Positions 48,300 through 58,018 of a DNA stretch of 64,000 bases are shown here, piece after piece. The notes beneath the pieces are model-generated. The model had not been told where the DNA came from. It made no database searches and worked only from the letters and a program-made list of their open reading frames with translations. This DNA is from an uncultured Nitrososphaerota archaeon. Its GTDB lineage: Archaea > Thermoproteota > EX4484-205 > JAAOZO01. The stretch's first letter is position 1, and every line of letters starts with the position of its first letter. The stretch spans positions 110,590-174,589 of the forward strand of contig CAYOYV010000002.1 in the NCBI GenBank assembly GCA_964408285.1, written 5' to 3'. Made by a program: the position numbers and the translations under genes.

Positions 48300-49802
48300 T
48301 CAATCAGCGCCAATGCGTTCCCACACGGGCGGAATTCTGCCTTTGCCTTCTGGTCCTAGGATGACTGGAGCTATGCCAGCTATTTCGCAGAAATAGGTGA
48401 GAGGTCTGACCCTATTGCCTATGATTCCAAGGACATGATTTGAAGGGAACGTGCTGAGAAATTCATCGAAGCCGCAATGAAGCCTCACATGTACATGTGG
48501 CCATGTTGGATTTGTCTGGTCGTTTAATTCCTTACGCTGCTCGGGCGGAAGGTCAAGACTCTCACCAAGCGCAATGACCATGTACGGTCGATCATTCCAG
48601 ATCCCCATCCTGGCAAATGTCATTTCGCCTGGCGCTGCATCGAACTCAACTGATGCGCCTCCAGCTTTGAAGTAGAATTCCAGAGCAGGATGGAATGTGA
48701 TCTTCCTGAAGTTTTCCTTTGGGTCCATGCTCCTAGAGGCATACCAGCTAGAGTGATTTCCTGAATTGCACCAATCCCATATGTTCTTGTCAGGGTGATA
48801 AAGACGGACGTCCATGAAAAGTGTTGGCAGCCCTCCACTGATGTATTTCAAGATCTGCATTGTTATGGCAGCGAACGAATCTGCCTCTGTCGCGCAGACC
48901 GTGGGCTCCTTTGGTCCATTCCAGTCATACGGATCGTTCATGATCATCTCAGGGACATCCCCAAGACAAACATACTCTGTCAGTTCCCTCTGCCCCTTTA
49001 GACCGCAGAAGTCGAATCCCTTCTCCCTGTTGACTTCCTTCATGGCGAGATATAGGCGGATCTGGTTCTTCAAGGTCTCTGGCGTCAGCATCCTCCCGTC
49101 GTATCTTATCCTGTCTCCGAGCAGTCTGCCGAACCAACCAAAGCCCTTCTCTACCTCTTCATCGTCAATTTCTTCCATCCTTTTCACCAGTAGCAACTGG
49201 TCTATCTGACGCACCGTTACGCCTAGCGTCTTGAGAACAGGAACAAGATGGTGATAGCCCGTTTCCATGCCCATTGAGTGCCCTCCATACATGCCGTAAA
49301 CCTCATTTCTCATGGTGGTTAGAGCCTCTGAGGCGCGGATCCAGTCAAAGACCTGCTGCTGGGTGGCTGGATCGTCCATGTCTCCGACTATACGGTGGGT
49401 CCTCATTCCGGCTTGACGTAATGCACCGTCCGTCGCAAGGAGCCCCACGTTGCCAGGGAATTTCCCGCTGTTGTTCGAAAGGCTCAGAATTGGCTTGTCT
49501 CTGCCCACGCTGTTCACGAATGGCCACACAAGAAATGGAAAGTTCCAGACGAAATAGCACATTACTATCTGCTTGCAGTTAGCCCTCGACAATTCCTCTC
49601 CTACCTTCTGCGCCACCCTTGCGGAGGTTATGATCTCGGAACCTGTGATCACATCGGCTGATGTTCCGTCGAGGTTCTTGATTCCTTGTCTTATTATTCC
49701 AGCCCATCGTTGCACGACCTTCATGCACTCTGGGTTGTTTTTCGTATATACGTGCTCCCTTTCGTCATTCAGCAACACAATTCCAATTGGTGTAGATTTC
49801 AT
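48300..49802 (-). CDS. L-fucose/L-arabinose isomerase family protein
   Basis: About 500 aa with the three-domain pattern of FucI/AraA-like aldose-ketose isomerases. The start was set at MKSTPIGIVLL; the ORF opens 14 codons earlier. Confidence 0.55.
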   Translation of the reverse strand: MKSTPIGIVLLNDEREHVYTKNNPECMKVVQRWAGIIRQGIKNLDGTSADVITGSEIITSARVAQKVGEELSRANCKQIVMCYFVWNFPFLVWPFVNSVGRDKPILSLSNNSGKFPGNVGLLATDGALRQAGMRTHRIVGDMDDPATQQQVFDWIRASEALTTMRNEVYGMYGGHSMGMETGYHHLVPVLKTLGVTVRQIDQLLLVKRMEEIDDEEVEKGFGWFGRLLGDRIRYDGRMLTPETLKNQIRLYLAMKEVNREKGFDFCGLKGQRELTEYVCLGDVPEMIMNDPYDWNGPKEPTVCATEADSFAAITMQILKYISGGLPTLFMDVRLYHPDKNIWDWCNSGNHSSWYASRSMDPKENFRKITFHPALEFYFKAGGASVEFDAAPGEMTFARMGIWNDRPYMVIALGESLDLPPEQRKELNDQTNPTWPHVHVRLHCGFDEFLSTFPSNHVLGIIGNRVRPLTYFCEIAGIAPVILGPEGKGRIPPVWERIGAD

Positions 49803-49974
49803 CGTCCTTCCCTCATTCCAGGTGAAGAAAGCACGCAGAAGCAATTTGAATCTTTTCGGGCACAGTAAGATGACGAGGGATGTAGCGCGCTGTCCTGTTT
49901 AGCCAGATGCTCTCGAGCCTCTTCAGGATGCAGAAAGTGCTTTAACTTCCCAGAATGTCAGACTGTGCAATAGA

Positions 49975-50979
49975 ATGACGGTCGGGGTTGGCATAGTCGG
50001 GGCTGGATTCATGGGCACTACGCATTCAAAGGCATACAGTCAAATTCCTAATGCGAAGGTCGTGGGCGTGGCCGATCTGGAGTTGGAAAGGGCAGCTGGA
50101 TTGGCCCAGAGCTGGCAATGTCCGTCATACGATTCCATCCAAGGGTTATTGAGGAATCCGAATGTGCAACTCATTGATGTAACGCTCCCGACTCCATTGC
50201 ATTGTGACGCCGTGGTGCAGGCAGCGGAGGGAGGTAAGCACGTGATCTGTGAGAAGCCAATCGCTCTGACATTGGCTGATGCGGACAGGATGATCAAGGC
50301 TGCGAGGCAAAACAAAGTTGAACTCATGGTCGCGCATGTCATCAGGTTCTGGCAAGAATGGGCATTGCTTGCTGAGAAGGTAAAGACAAGGGATTTCGGG
50401 CGCGTGATGGCGATTAGCTGCCTGAGGCTCTCTGAAGAGCCAAAATGGGGCTGGAAGGGCTGGTTGCTGGACGGGAAGAAGAGTGGAGGCGCCATCATAG
50501 ACCTACACATCCATGACACGGATTTCATCTGCCATCTCTTGGGAAGGCCGAAGGCGGTGACTTCGATGGGAGATCCAAACCATATTCTCACGATCTACGA
50601 CTATGGGAGGAGCCTTGTAGCCTCGGCTGAAGGAGGCTGGTTCCATTTGAAGGGCTATCCATTCGTAATGGCCTATGAGTGCTATCTTGAGAAGGCCACA
50701 TTCAAATATTCCTCAGATCGCACCCCAACTTTGACGATCTTCCAACCGGAAAATGAACCGTACAGTCCGGAGTTCCTGAGCATTGCCAAGGACTCTGGGG
50801 TCTCGACGGGCAACATAGCTGAGCTCGGAGGATATTACGAGGAGCTGAAATATTTCATCGAGTGCATCGATGCCGGTAAGAAACCTGACAGGATAAGACC
50901 ACAGGATGCCAGACAGTCCTTGGAGATCTGTCTTGCTGAATTCAAAAGCCTGAGAACAGGGCGAAAGGTGGGGCTCTAG
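49975..50979 (+). CDS. Gfo/Idh/MocA-family oxidoreductase
   Basis: VGVGIVGAGFMG Rossmann motif and EKP motif (VICEKPIA). Confidence 0.85.
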   Translation: MTVGVGIVGAGFMGTTHSKAYSQIPNAKVVGVADLELERAAGLAQSWQCPSYDSIQGLLRNPNVQLIDVTLPTPLHCDAVVQAAEGGKHVICEKPIALTLADADRMIKAARQNKVELMVAHVIRFWQEWALLAEKVKTRDFGRVMAISCLRLSEEPKWGWKGWLLDGKKSGGAIIDLHIHDTDFICHLLGRPKAVTSMGDPNHILTIYDYGRSLVASAEGGWFHLKGYPFVMAYECYLEKATFKYSSDRTPTLTIFQPENEPYSPEFLSIAKDSGVSTGNIAELGGYYEELKYFIECIDAGKKPDRIRPQDARQSLEICLAEFKSLRTGRKVGL

Positions 50980-51101
50980 AAGGATTCCGCGCACGACGCT
51001 CCAGGGCAAATTCTGCCGGATCCATGCGCCAACAGAAGAATGAGAGCAAGTGGCAGCCAAGTAACATTTATATAGGTAACCATTGAGGTATGTAACAACA
51101 A

Positions 51102-51557
51102 ATGTCGCATGTAACAACGAATGGTAGCTGCTGCGAAGGCGATTCGGTTCCCCAGCATGAAGAGTGTGGCAAGCCTCATCACGAGGCAGGTCATCGCTGT
51201 GTATATGTTCGCGTAAAACATTACCCAGAAAGGGGATGGATTCAGTTTCTCATTCTCAGGATACTGTATGAGAAACCCATGCATGGCTACCAGCTACTGG
51301 AGGAAATCGAAAGCCGAAGCCAAGGATACCACAGGTTGATGCCTGGGGCGATCTACACAATTCTAAGAAGGATGGAAGCGAACGAATTGCTTAGGTCGGA
51401 ATGGGAGAAGGTCGAGTCAGGACCAGACAGGAGAGTCTACAGGCTGACCGACAAGGGCGTTATGATGCTCAAGAGCGGATTGGAGGCAATAATCAGGAGG
51501 CAGAAACTCACCGAGGATTTGGTCAAATTTTACGACGAAAAATTCAGGGGGAAATAG
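51102..51557 (+). CDS. PadR-family transcriptional regulator with Cys/His-rich N-terminal extension
   Basis: wHTH core FLILRILYEKPMHGYQLLEEI...YRLTDKG. The N-terminal 40 aa contains CC..HEEC..HHEAGHRC, and there is no alternative in-frame start downstream before the wHTH. Confidence 0.7.
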   Translation: MSHVTTNGSCCEGDSVPQHEECGKPHHEAGHRCVYVRVKHYPERGWIQFLILRILYEKPMHGYQLLEEIESRSQGYHRLMPGAIYTILRRMEANELLRSEWEKVESGPDRRVYRLTDKGVMMLKSGLEAIIRRQKLTEDLVKFYDEKFRGK

Positions 51558-51558
51558 G

Positions 51559-51732
51559 ATGAAGATCGTGATGTGTGATTCATGCTGTTGTTCTTACGAC
51601 ACGGGTCTAAGTTGTGAATGTGACGAACTGGACTTGGACAACCTCGAGATCCTCCCTCCAGAACTCACCCGGGATTCGTTCGACGATGAATTCGCTGATT
51701 CGCTATTCATTCCAACTCCAGAAGAAGCATGA
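51559..51732 (+). CDS. cysteine-rich acidic micro-protein (57 aa), hypothetical
   Basis: Not in the ORF track (<60 aa). The ATG lies 2 nt after the PadR stop and is preceded by AGGGGG. Translation: MKIVMCDSCCCSYDTGLSCECDELDLDNLEILPPELTRDSFDDEFADSLFIPTPEEA. Confidence 0.3.
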   Translation: MKIVMCDSCCCSYDTGLSCECDELDLDNLEILPPELTRDSFDDEFADSLFIPTPEEA

Positions 51733-51932
51733 GCATGGGACGGCACCAGAGAGCGGAAACCTTGTTTGCGCTTTCTCCCAAGACCCGCTCTTGAATCCAA
51801 GCCTGTTTGGCCATGATGGCGTATGATCTAGGCGGCATGCCTGCTCTTCTTCCAGTCACACTAATAGCTGGATCCTTCTGACCGACCAGGATCAGATGGG
51901 CTGAACATGTCACTTCGCCTGTCGGGGAATTC

Positions 51933-52685
51933 TCACGGCTCAAGTTTCTGCATCAGGACTATGTTCTCTCTTTCATTTTCTTTCAACGGGGCCCATGACA
52001 GGTGTTTGAAAAACCCTACGAATCTGAAAAGCCCGCTCAGATCAACCAGAGACTTCATCTCCTGAGGGCAGAAATCCTTTGAGGCCAAGTGTGACGTGAG
52101 TGTCCTCTTAATCCCGCGATCGTTCACCTCCAAAATCAACCTCTCCTCTGATATCTGCTCAATCGGATTCAGAGGAATTGCCTCGAAGGTTGTCTTTACC
52201 TCTACATCTCCTCTCCTCATGGTCCACTCTTCCTTTCCATGGGATGATGGATCCAATGCGACATTTTCCAATAGGTAGACGCCCTTCTGATTCAACGAAT
52301 TCGCAACACATCGCAGATGCTTGAGGAACTCCTCATTGGAATTGACAAAGAGCGAACCGGATAGGACAAAGGCAAAATCACATTTTCTGCTAAGCGAGAA
52401 GTCCCTCATGTCAGCCTGAAGAGTTTCTATCGCCAATCCCTCTTCTGATGCTTTCTGATGCAAATACTGGAGCATCATTGGACTATTATCTAGGCCTACT
52501 CCTTCGTATCCTCTCCTTGCGATCTCCCTCAGCTGTATGCTTGGGCCACAGCCTATGTCAAGGAATCTCTTTGCCCGTTTTCCTGTCAATTTGAGTGCGA
52601 CATCCTCAAAGAAATTTACCTGACGCCTGACATCCTGATATCCAAAGGCGATTTCGTAGTATTGCGGATTATCATACACGCTCAT
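51933..52685 (-). CDS. class I SAM-dependent methyltransferase
   Basis: Motif I FLDIGCGPSIQL and acidic motif II VGLDNSPMML. Confidence 0.8.
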   Translation of the reverse strand: MSVYDNPQYYEIAFGYQDVRRQVNFFEDVALKLTGKRAKRFLDIGCGPSIQLREIARRGYEGVGLDNSPMMLQYLHQKASEEGLAIETLQADMRDFSLSRKCDFAFVLSGSLFVNSNEEFLKHLRCVANSLNQKGVYLLENVALDPSSHGKEEWTMRRGDVEVKTTFEAIPLNPIEQISEERLILEVNDRGIKRTLTSHLASKDFCPQEMKSLVDLSGLFRFVGFFKHLSWAPLKENERENIVLMQKLEP

Positions 52686-52766
52686 TTGTGATGATGCTTC
52701 GAATCAGGAGGCTATAAACGCTGTTAGGCCTCGGATATCTTATATTAGGCTAGTCGGTAGCCTGCC

Positions 52767-54722
52767 CTATTTCTCGGCAGGGAACATCTCTGACTGAAGC
52801 TCTTCGATCTTTCCGCTCAATTCCTTGGCCCTAGTCGAGTCGAATAGAGTTCCTCTGAGTATGCGGAGGGCAAAGACGGAGGCAATCCAACTGTTCATCC
52901 AGCCGGACTCTACACACCATGCTCCCCATCCAAGATCCGAGGAGCTACCCCAATACTCCCATTTGTCGTAATCGAAGCTTCTCATCCAGCAGCCGTTCAG
53001 ATACCGATGTCTCTCAGAACTCACCTGTATCCTTGAAAGAAAGCCCGCCAATCTGTCCTCTGCCCTTCTGATGTTCGGATCATGGGAAGCGGACGCCAGC
53101 TCATGTAGTCCGAGGAATGTGAAATTCGCAGTGTACAGTAGATCTGAGGCCGGGTCCCCATTCTCCTGTATGACCGGGGCTTCCGTCGTTGCATAGGCCT
53201 CATTTGAGTTTGGCGGCGGATAGTGTCCATCCTTTGGATCTCCCACTTTCTCAGCAATCGCACCGCAAGGTTGTTGCTGTTCTAGCACGTAATCTGATAT
53301 GGTTCCTATCCATTTTCGATACTCTGCTTTCTGTTCTGTCCGGATCAGAAACGCTAGAGGAAGGAGCATCCTTCCCATCTCCTGTGAAATACCATTCGAC
53401 CATCTCCATTTGGGACAGACCTCCATCGTCATTCTGATGGCATTCACCGTTCGTCTCAGGAAGAGGTCCTTGCCCGTTAGCAAGAAGGCCCATAGGAAAC
53501 AAGCCCAAAGGAACGCCTGATAGTGAGGCGTGTATGAAATCGTGTCTTTGTTGTAGTAGTAAGCCCATCCATTCTTGATCAGGTCCGGCATATCAATTCT
53601 GTCCTGTCTGAATCCCAAGGCGCCCGTTGTTCTCAGATTTGCGAGTAAGGCCATTGCTACATGTCTGTCCCATTTGTCATCCTTCAGGATCTGGATGGCT
53701 GAGAGTGTCGGGAGGATGACCCTTGCGTTGTCGTCTCCGTAAAACACGCCGAGTCCCTTGGCCCAATCAACAAGGCCATAGGCTGGGCTCGTCGGATCAG
53801 AATACTGAAAAGACCAAGTGTAGTCCAGAAGGCCTTCAGCGATTCTCTTGCTCCTTGGATTCCGTGTCGCCTGCCAATCGAGGGCAAAAATAAGTGCGGC
53901 TTCGGCCAAGCAGTCCATGCGGATATAAGGCCTAGCCAGTTGATCTCCTTCGAAGTCTATGCCTGATTGATAGCCCTCTATGACTCCTCGGTCCTTGTCC
54001 AATGCGAATAGGGCGTTTTTGGAGAACCACTCAACAGATTTTCCAAAGGCTTTGTTCTCCGCATCCGGTGGAAGTCCCTCATCCTTGCTAAACGCAGTGT
54101 TCACCGTGGGATTCCATGAAATGGATATCTCATCCCCATTAGTGAGCCATCTGAGCAGTGTCTGCAATACCAACTTCCAAGAGTTGATTGGAGCATAACG
54201 TCCTTTCCTGAATTGGCTGAGCTTGCTTGTAGCCACGATTGCGAAATCCGAATAGCTTAGTAGAATTGGATGAATCTGGTTCGGCAGTCCGTATACTGCC
54301 TTATCATATCCAGCGACTCGCGCAAGAACAAGGTGATGGTCTCTGGCTTCGGTCGGCAGAAACCAGCAGCCATGCATCGTGAGGATGGTCATTGGAGGAA
54401 GTCTTGGGCCAAACAAGTCAGATGTCACTACGAGGCGTTCCCACTCCGCTGTCCTAGGTTCAGCGAATTCCATGTTGGGAATCGAAAGCGGGTATTCCAG
54501 GTACAACTTCAGATCCTTTTGTCTTGCAGTTTCGAGCATGCTCTCATTTATGGTGAGCTTTGGGATCGGGTAGGTGTCGGCCAATGCCAGTACTACGTTC
54601 TCACTCCTTGCCAGGCTAATCGCTGTCTCTATCCGGTCGAAACGCAGAACTGACACTCCACAATTTATCGCGGCTTCGTAGAGATCGTTGTCTTCGGAGC
54701 AACAGAAGATAAGCTGCTTCAT
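52767..54722 (-). CDS. large conserved hypothetical protein (possible alpha/alpha-toroid glycosidase-like fold)
   Basis: 651 aa taking the start at MKQLIFCC. Aromatic-rich repeats (WAYYYNKD, YQAFLWACFLWAF, WGAWCVESGWMNSW) suggest a carbohydrate-active barrel. No family was assigned. Confidence 0.45.
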   Translation of the reverse strand: MKQLIFCCSEDNDLYEAAINCGVSVLRFDRIETAISLARSENVVLALADTYPIPKLTINESMLETARQKDLKLYLEYPLSIPNMEFAEPRTAEWERLVVTSDLFGPRLPPMTILTMHGCWFLPTEARDHHLVLARVAGYDKAVYGLPNQIHPILLSYSDFAIVATSKLSQFRKGRYAPINSWKLVLQTLLRWLTNGDEISISWNPTVNTAFSKDEGLPPDAENKAFGKSVEWFSKNALFALDKDRGVIEGYQSGIDFEGDQLARPYIRMDCLAEAALIFALDWQATRNPRSKRIAEGLLDYTWSFQYSDPTSPAYGLVDWAKGLGVFYGDDNARVILPTLSAIQILKDDKWDRHVAMALLANLRTTGALGFRQDRIDMPDLIKNGWAYYYNKDTISYTPHYQAFLWACFLWAFLLTGKDLFLRRTVNAIRMTMEVCPKWRWSNGISQEMGRMLLPLAFLIRTEQKAEYRKWIGTISDYVLEQQQPCGAIAEKVGDPKDGHYPPPNSNEAYATTEAPVIQENGDPASDLLYTANFTFLGLHELASASHDPNIRRAEDRLAGFLSRIQVSSERHRYLNGCWMRSFDYDKWEYWGSSSDLGWGAWCVESGWMNSWIASVFALRILRGTLFDSTRAKELSGKIEELQSEMFPAEK

Positions 54723-54796
54723 TGGAGGATTCGCTCTTGGTCTTCTAATTAAGCTTTCAAGTTGATTTACTCGTTTCAGGGGAGATAGAACCAATG

Positions 54797-56260
54797 TCAG
54801 AGAGCCTTTAGAAATCCCTCGATGTTGTTCCTGATCGATTGAACCAAAGGATTTCCCAATCTCTCCGGGGCCTCCAACTTCTCCAGCTGTTCCACCCTGA
54901 AATAGATTGGCGGGTGGGGATCCCATCCAATCCATTCCATGATTCTGAACGAGGGGCTTCGCTCCAGCTGTAGCCTATGAAAACCTATCTTCCTTAGAGC
55001 CTGAGCAAGAATCCTCGGTTGCCCTAAAACCTTCGCCGCTTCAAGATCCGATTTCCCCTCGAAGAACTTGGCGATGAAATAGACAAGACCCAGAGAAATG
55101 AAGAGGTAGAAGAATCCCAGATACATAACAAGGGGCCAGATCAGATATGCCCTTATCAGATACTCAAGTGATGTGAGAGCGAAGAAGACAAGTGTGTCCC
55201 TGCCCTTGAGATGACTGAATTCATGGCCCACTACCGTGTATATCTCATCTTCTTCGAGTTGTACGAGCAATCCCGTCGTAATCAGCATCACTCCTTGGCT
55301 TGGGCCCGGTCCCGAGGCTGCAGCATTGGGGATTGTCAAATTCTCAACGACTATTCTAGGAAGGGGGAGACCAAATTTCTCTGCTACCTTTCGGACAATG
55401 CCATACACGTCAATAGTCTTGGTGGACATATTCTCTGTCGAGCATTCAAGGCCGTGTTTTGAGAGTATTTCGCCTATTTCAGAGCAGTCCACTGGCTTTC
55501 CAAGTGCCAATGTCTTGTCATAGATCTCAGATTTGATTTGGATCAAGGAGACTCCTCTGAGTTTTCTCCTAAAGTCCTCCTGACCATCGAATGGCAACTG
55601 ATATGCGAACACGTGAACTCTTGGATTCTGTGGTGTGATCTGCCAATCTGCCATCCTGGCTACTATTCTGCCGGAGGCTAGGACCAACAGGAATTGGACC
55701 AGTACAAGGACTATCGGTGCATATTGTCCCAATACTAGGAAAAGGTATACGTTAATCGCTGCAAAGAGGATGAACAGGGGAAGCATACTATCTGAGAACA
55801 TGTTCCGAATGATGTTCCTCCGGGAAGCTGGTGGCTTCTCGGGCAGGATCTTCTCGCCTTCTGCCCAGGCGAAATATATCGTGGCAGTCCTTGCCTTTTC
55901 CTCAAATAGATTGACCACTATCGTCAGGTCTTCCTCAAGACGTTCGATCTCCTCTCTTGGCGTGTCTGGGTCAACATGAACCAATTGAACAAGGATCGGC
56001 CTTCCGGTGGTGATCTCCACATCAGCAAAGCCTACTCCACGGGAACCGATTGCCCTGAACGAAAGGGTGGGCTTCTTATCAACCAGTTTAAGTTCAACAT
56101 TCCCAAAGCGATCCTGATCGGCAAGAAGGTATTGGTCCATGATGAACCTCAGCAAATAGCCGAAATAGCCCTCGGCAAGTTCCGTTTCGATCGTGAATGA
56201 GGAGTCGATCCTTTCGACCATTTCGCTGACCTTTGGGAACGAACTTGATGACCACTCCAT
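54797..56260 (-). CDS. M48-family zinc metallopeptidase (HtpX-like) with N-terminal soluble domain
   Basis: HEFSHLKGRD (HExxH), IPNAAASGPGP (HtpX PNAFA-like motif) and TM helices. An extra N-terminal domain of about 150 aa is present. Confidence 0.75.
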   Translation of the reverse strand: MEWSSSSFPKVSEMVERIDSSFTIETELAEGYFGYLLRFIMDQYLLADQDRFGNVELKLVDKKPTLSFRAIGSRGVGFADVEITTGRPILVQLVHVDPDTPREEIERLEEDLTIVVNLFEEKARTATIYFAWAEGEKILPEKPPASRRNIIRNMFSDSMLPLFILFAAINVYLFLVLGQYAPIVLVLVQFLLVLASGRIVARMADWQITPQNPRVHVFAYQLPFDGQEDFRRKLRGVSLIQIKSEIYDKTLALGKPVDCSEIGEILSKHGLECSTENMSTKTIDVYGIVRKVAEKFGLPLPRIVVENLTIPNAAASGPGPSQGVMLITTGLLVQLEEDEIYTVVGHEFSHLKGRDTLVFFALTSLEYLIRAYLIWPLVMYLGFFYLFISLGLVYFIAKFFEGKSDLEAAKVLGQPRILAQALRKIGFHRLQLERSPSFRIMEWIGWDPHPPIYFRVEQLEKLEAPERLGNPLVQSIRNNIEGFLKAL

Positions 56261-56402
56261 ATAAAGGTGAATACCAACGACATCCTACAATCGGAGCATT
56301 TAGTCTGAGCTTCGCACGAGCACCCAAGAACCATGACGCTTGATGGCAATCATGCTTTTATCATGGACAGAATAGCCGTGTTCGCTCAGGAGCGATGGAG
56401 AA

Positions 56403-57038
56403 ATGCGCGAGAATTTGGCCCTAGATATAATAAGGAAAAAAAGCGAGGAATTCTTGAAGCATTCACATCATAGTCGATCACACGTGGAAAGGGTATACAA
56501 TCTGGCTTTGAAGATAGGGCAAGAAGAGGGCGCCGATCTTGAAGTCGTGAAGGCAGCCGTCCTGCTCCATGATATCGCCAGAGCGATGGAAGACGAGGGA
56601 GAAATAGATGACCACGCAACAGAAGGAGCAAAGATGGCAATGAAGATCCTAGAGGAGGCTGGTTTCCCAAAGGAGAAGATCGGAGAAGTAGTTCACTGCA
56701 TAGAAGTACACAGATTCAGGAAAGGCGCCGAAGCTAAGAGTCTGGAAGCAAAAATACTGCAGGACGCGGACAGGCTTGACATCTTGGGTGCGATTGGACT
56801 TGCAAGGGTCTTTGCGCGTGGTGGTTGGGCAAATCTCCCCATTCACGATCCATCAATCCTGCCAAAGGCAAGATACGATGGCAGATCCCTCACTTCGATT
56901 AATCACATATACGAGAAGATATTGAAGGCCAAGGAGACGATGAACACAAAGACCGCAAAACGATTGGCAGAAGGTAGGCACGAATTCGTGGAGCAGTTCA
57001 TGGAGAGATTCCTCAAGGAATGGGGCGGCCAACTGTAG
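56403..57038 (+). CDS. HD-domain phosphohydrolase
   Basis: H...HD (VLLHDIAR) and a downstream D (ILQDADRLD) form the metal-binding pattern. Confidence 0.8.
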   Translation: MRENLALDIIRKKSEEFLKHSHHSRSHVERVYNLALKIGQEEGADLEVVKAAVLLHDIARAMEDEGEIDDHATEGAKMAMKILEEAGFPKEKIGEVVHCIEVHRFRKGAEAKSLEAKILQDADRLDILGAIGLARVFARGGWANLPIHDPSILPKARYDGRSLTSINHIYEKILKAKETMNTKTAKRLAEGRHEFVEQFMERFLKEWGGQL

Positions 57039-57073
57039 CTTTCCGTCTGCTATCCTAGACAGCACATTCCTGT

Positions 57074-57964
57074 TCATGTGGAGAAAAGCCCCGGTACGAG
57101 TTTCCTCACTACCTCGATCGACTGAAGAGCTCCAGACATAGACAGCTCGAACACAGCTGGTCCGTCGAACCCGAACCGGGTAAGCGCTCCGAAGAAATCC
57201 TGGATATTCATGTCGCCGCTTCCTAACGGGAGATGATCCCTAAGGAGCATTGATCCATCTTCATTCTTCCGCCTGAATCCATCATGGAGGTGAAGCCCGA
57301 TTAACCTCTGTCTGAACAACTCGAGTGCTTCCATCAGCGAGAGGGTCTCGCTAAAGCCTCCGAGAATGTGCCCTGTATCAAGAACAACTGAACAACCCGT
57401 TTCCTCGGCCATGCTCACAGTCAGATCAAGTGGGAATTCGACGCTCTCAAGAGCCAACCTTTTTGGATCAATTCCGGTCTGTTTCAGGAGTTCTGCGGTG
57501 CTTCTTGATGCGTTTGAACCCATCGAGAGGTTTATCAGGTCAACGGAGCGTCTGGGGTAGGGCAATCTGCTGAATTCCGATGCAAGTGCACCTGTTGCGT
57601 GAAAGACGTAATATTCTGGTTGGAATCCCTCCGCCAATTCAATGGCCTCTATGCATGTTTCCACGGATGCTTTTCTTATTCTCTCATTGAATGAAGCCGG
57701 CTCAACAGCCCATAGGGGAAGATGAGCCGAGAGGGTCAACTCTTCGGATTTCCTGATCTCAGATATCTCCGCTATTCTGTCATTGTTCAGGGATCCGGGT
57801 AGCGCATGAAGCACGTCGAGAGTGATCTCTACATGGACGAATCCCGCGGAGGCTGCGTTCTTGACTATTTCGGGATAACAGAATCTTGAGAAGTCGATCT
57901 GATCCCCTTGGAGAATTCTGCTCAAGACATCAGCGAAGTCAAGAGGGGTTATTCCGAATCGCAC
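57074..57964 (-). CDS. sugar phosphate isomerase/epimerase (xylose isomerase-like TIM barrel)
   Basis: VFHATG, VLDTGH, LHLHDG and FELS metal-ligand pattern. Confidence 0.75.
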   Translation of the reverse strand: MRFGITPLDFADVLSRILQGDQIDFSRFCYPEIVKNAASAGFVHVEITLDVLHALPGSLNNDRIAEISEIRKSEELTLSAHLPLWAVEPASFNERIRKASVETCIEAIELAEGFQPEYYVFHATGALASEFSRLPYPRRSVDLINLSMGSNASRSTAELLKQTGIDPKRLALESVEFPLDLTVSMAEETGCSVVLDTGHILGGFSETLSLMEALELFRQRLIGLHLHDGFRRKNEDGSMLLRDHLPLGSGDMNIQDFFGALTRFGFDGPAVFELSMSGALQSIEVVRKLVPGLFST

Positions 57965-58018
57965 GGATGTGCTGTCCGTCTGAGGTATATAACCGACTCG
58001 CCTTGCCCTCGGGAATCT

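Noticed and set aside
51594-51943. Three overlapping 68-78-aa ORFs in the PadR/methyltransferase intergenic region
   Set aside because: They are mutually exclusive, low complexity and have no starts with ribosome-binding sites. Only the separate 57-aa Cys-rich ORF at 51559-51732 has a coupled start context, and it is reported separately.
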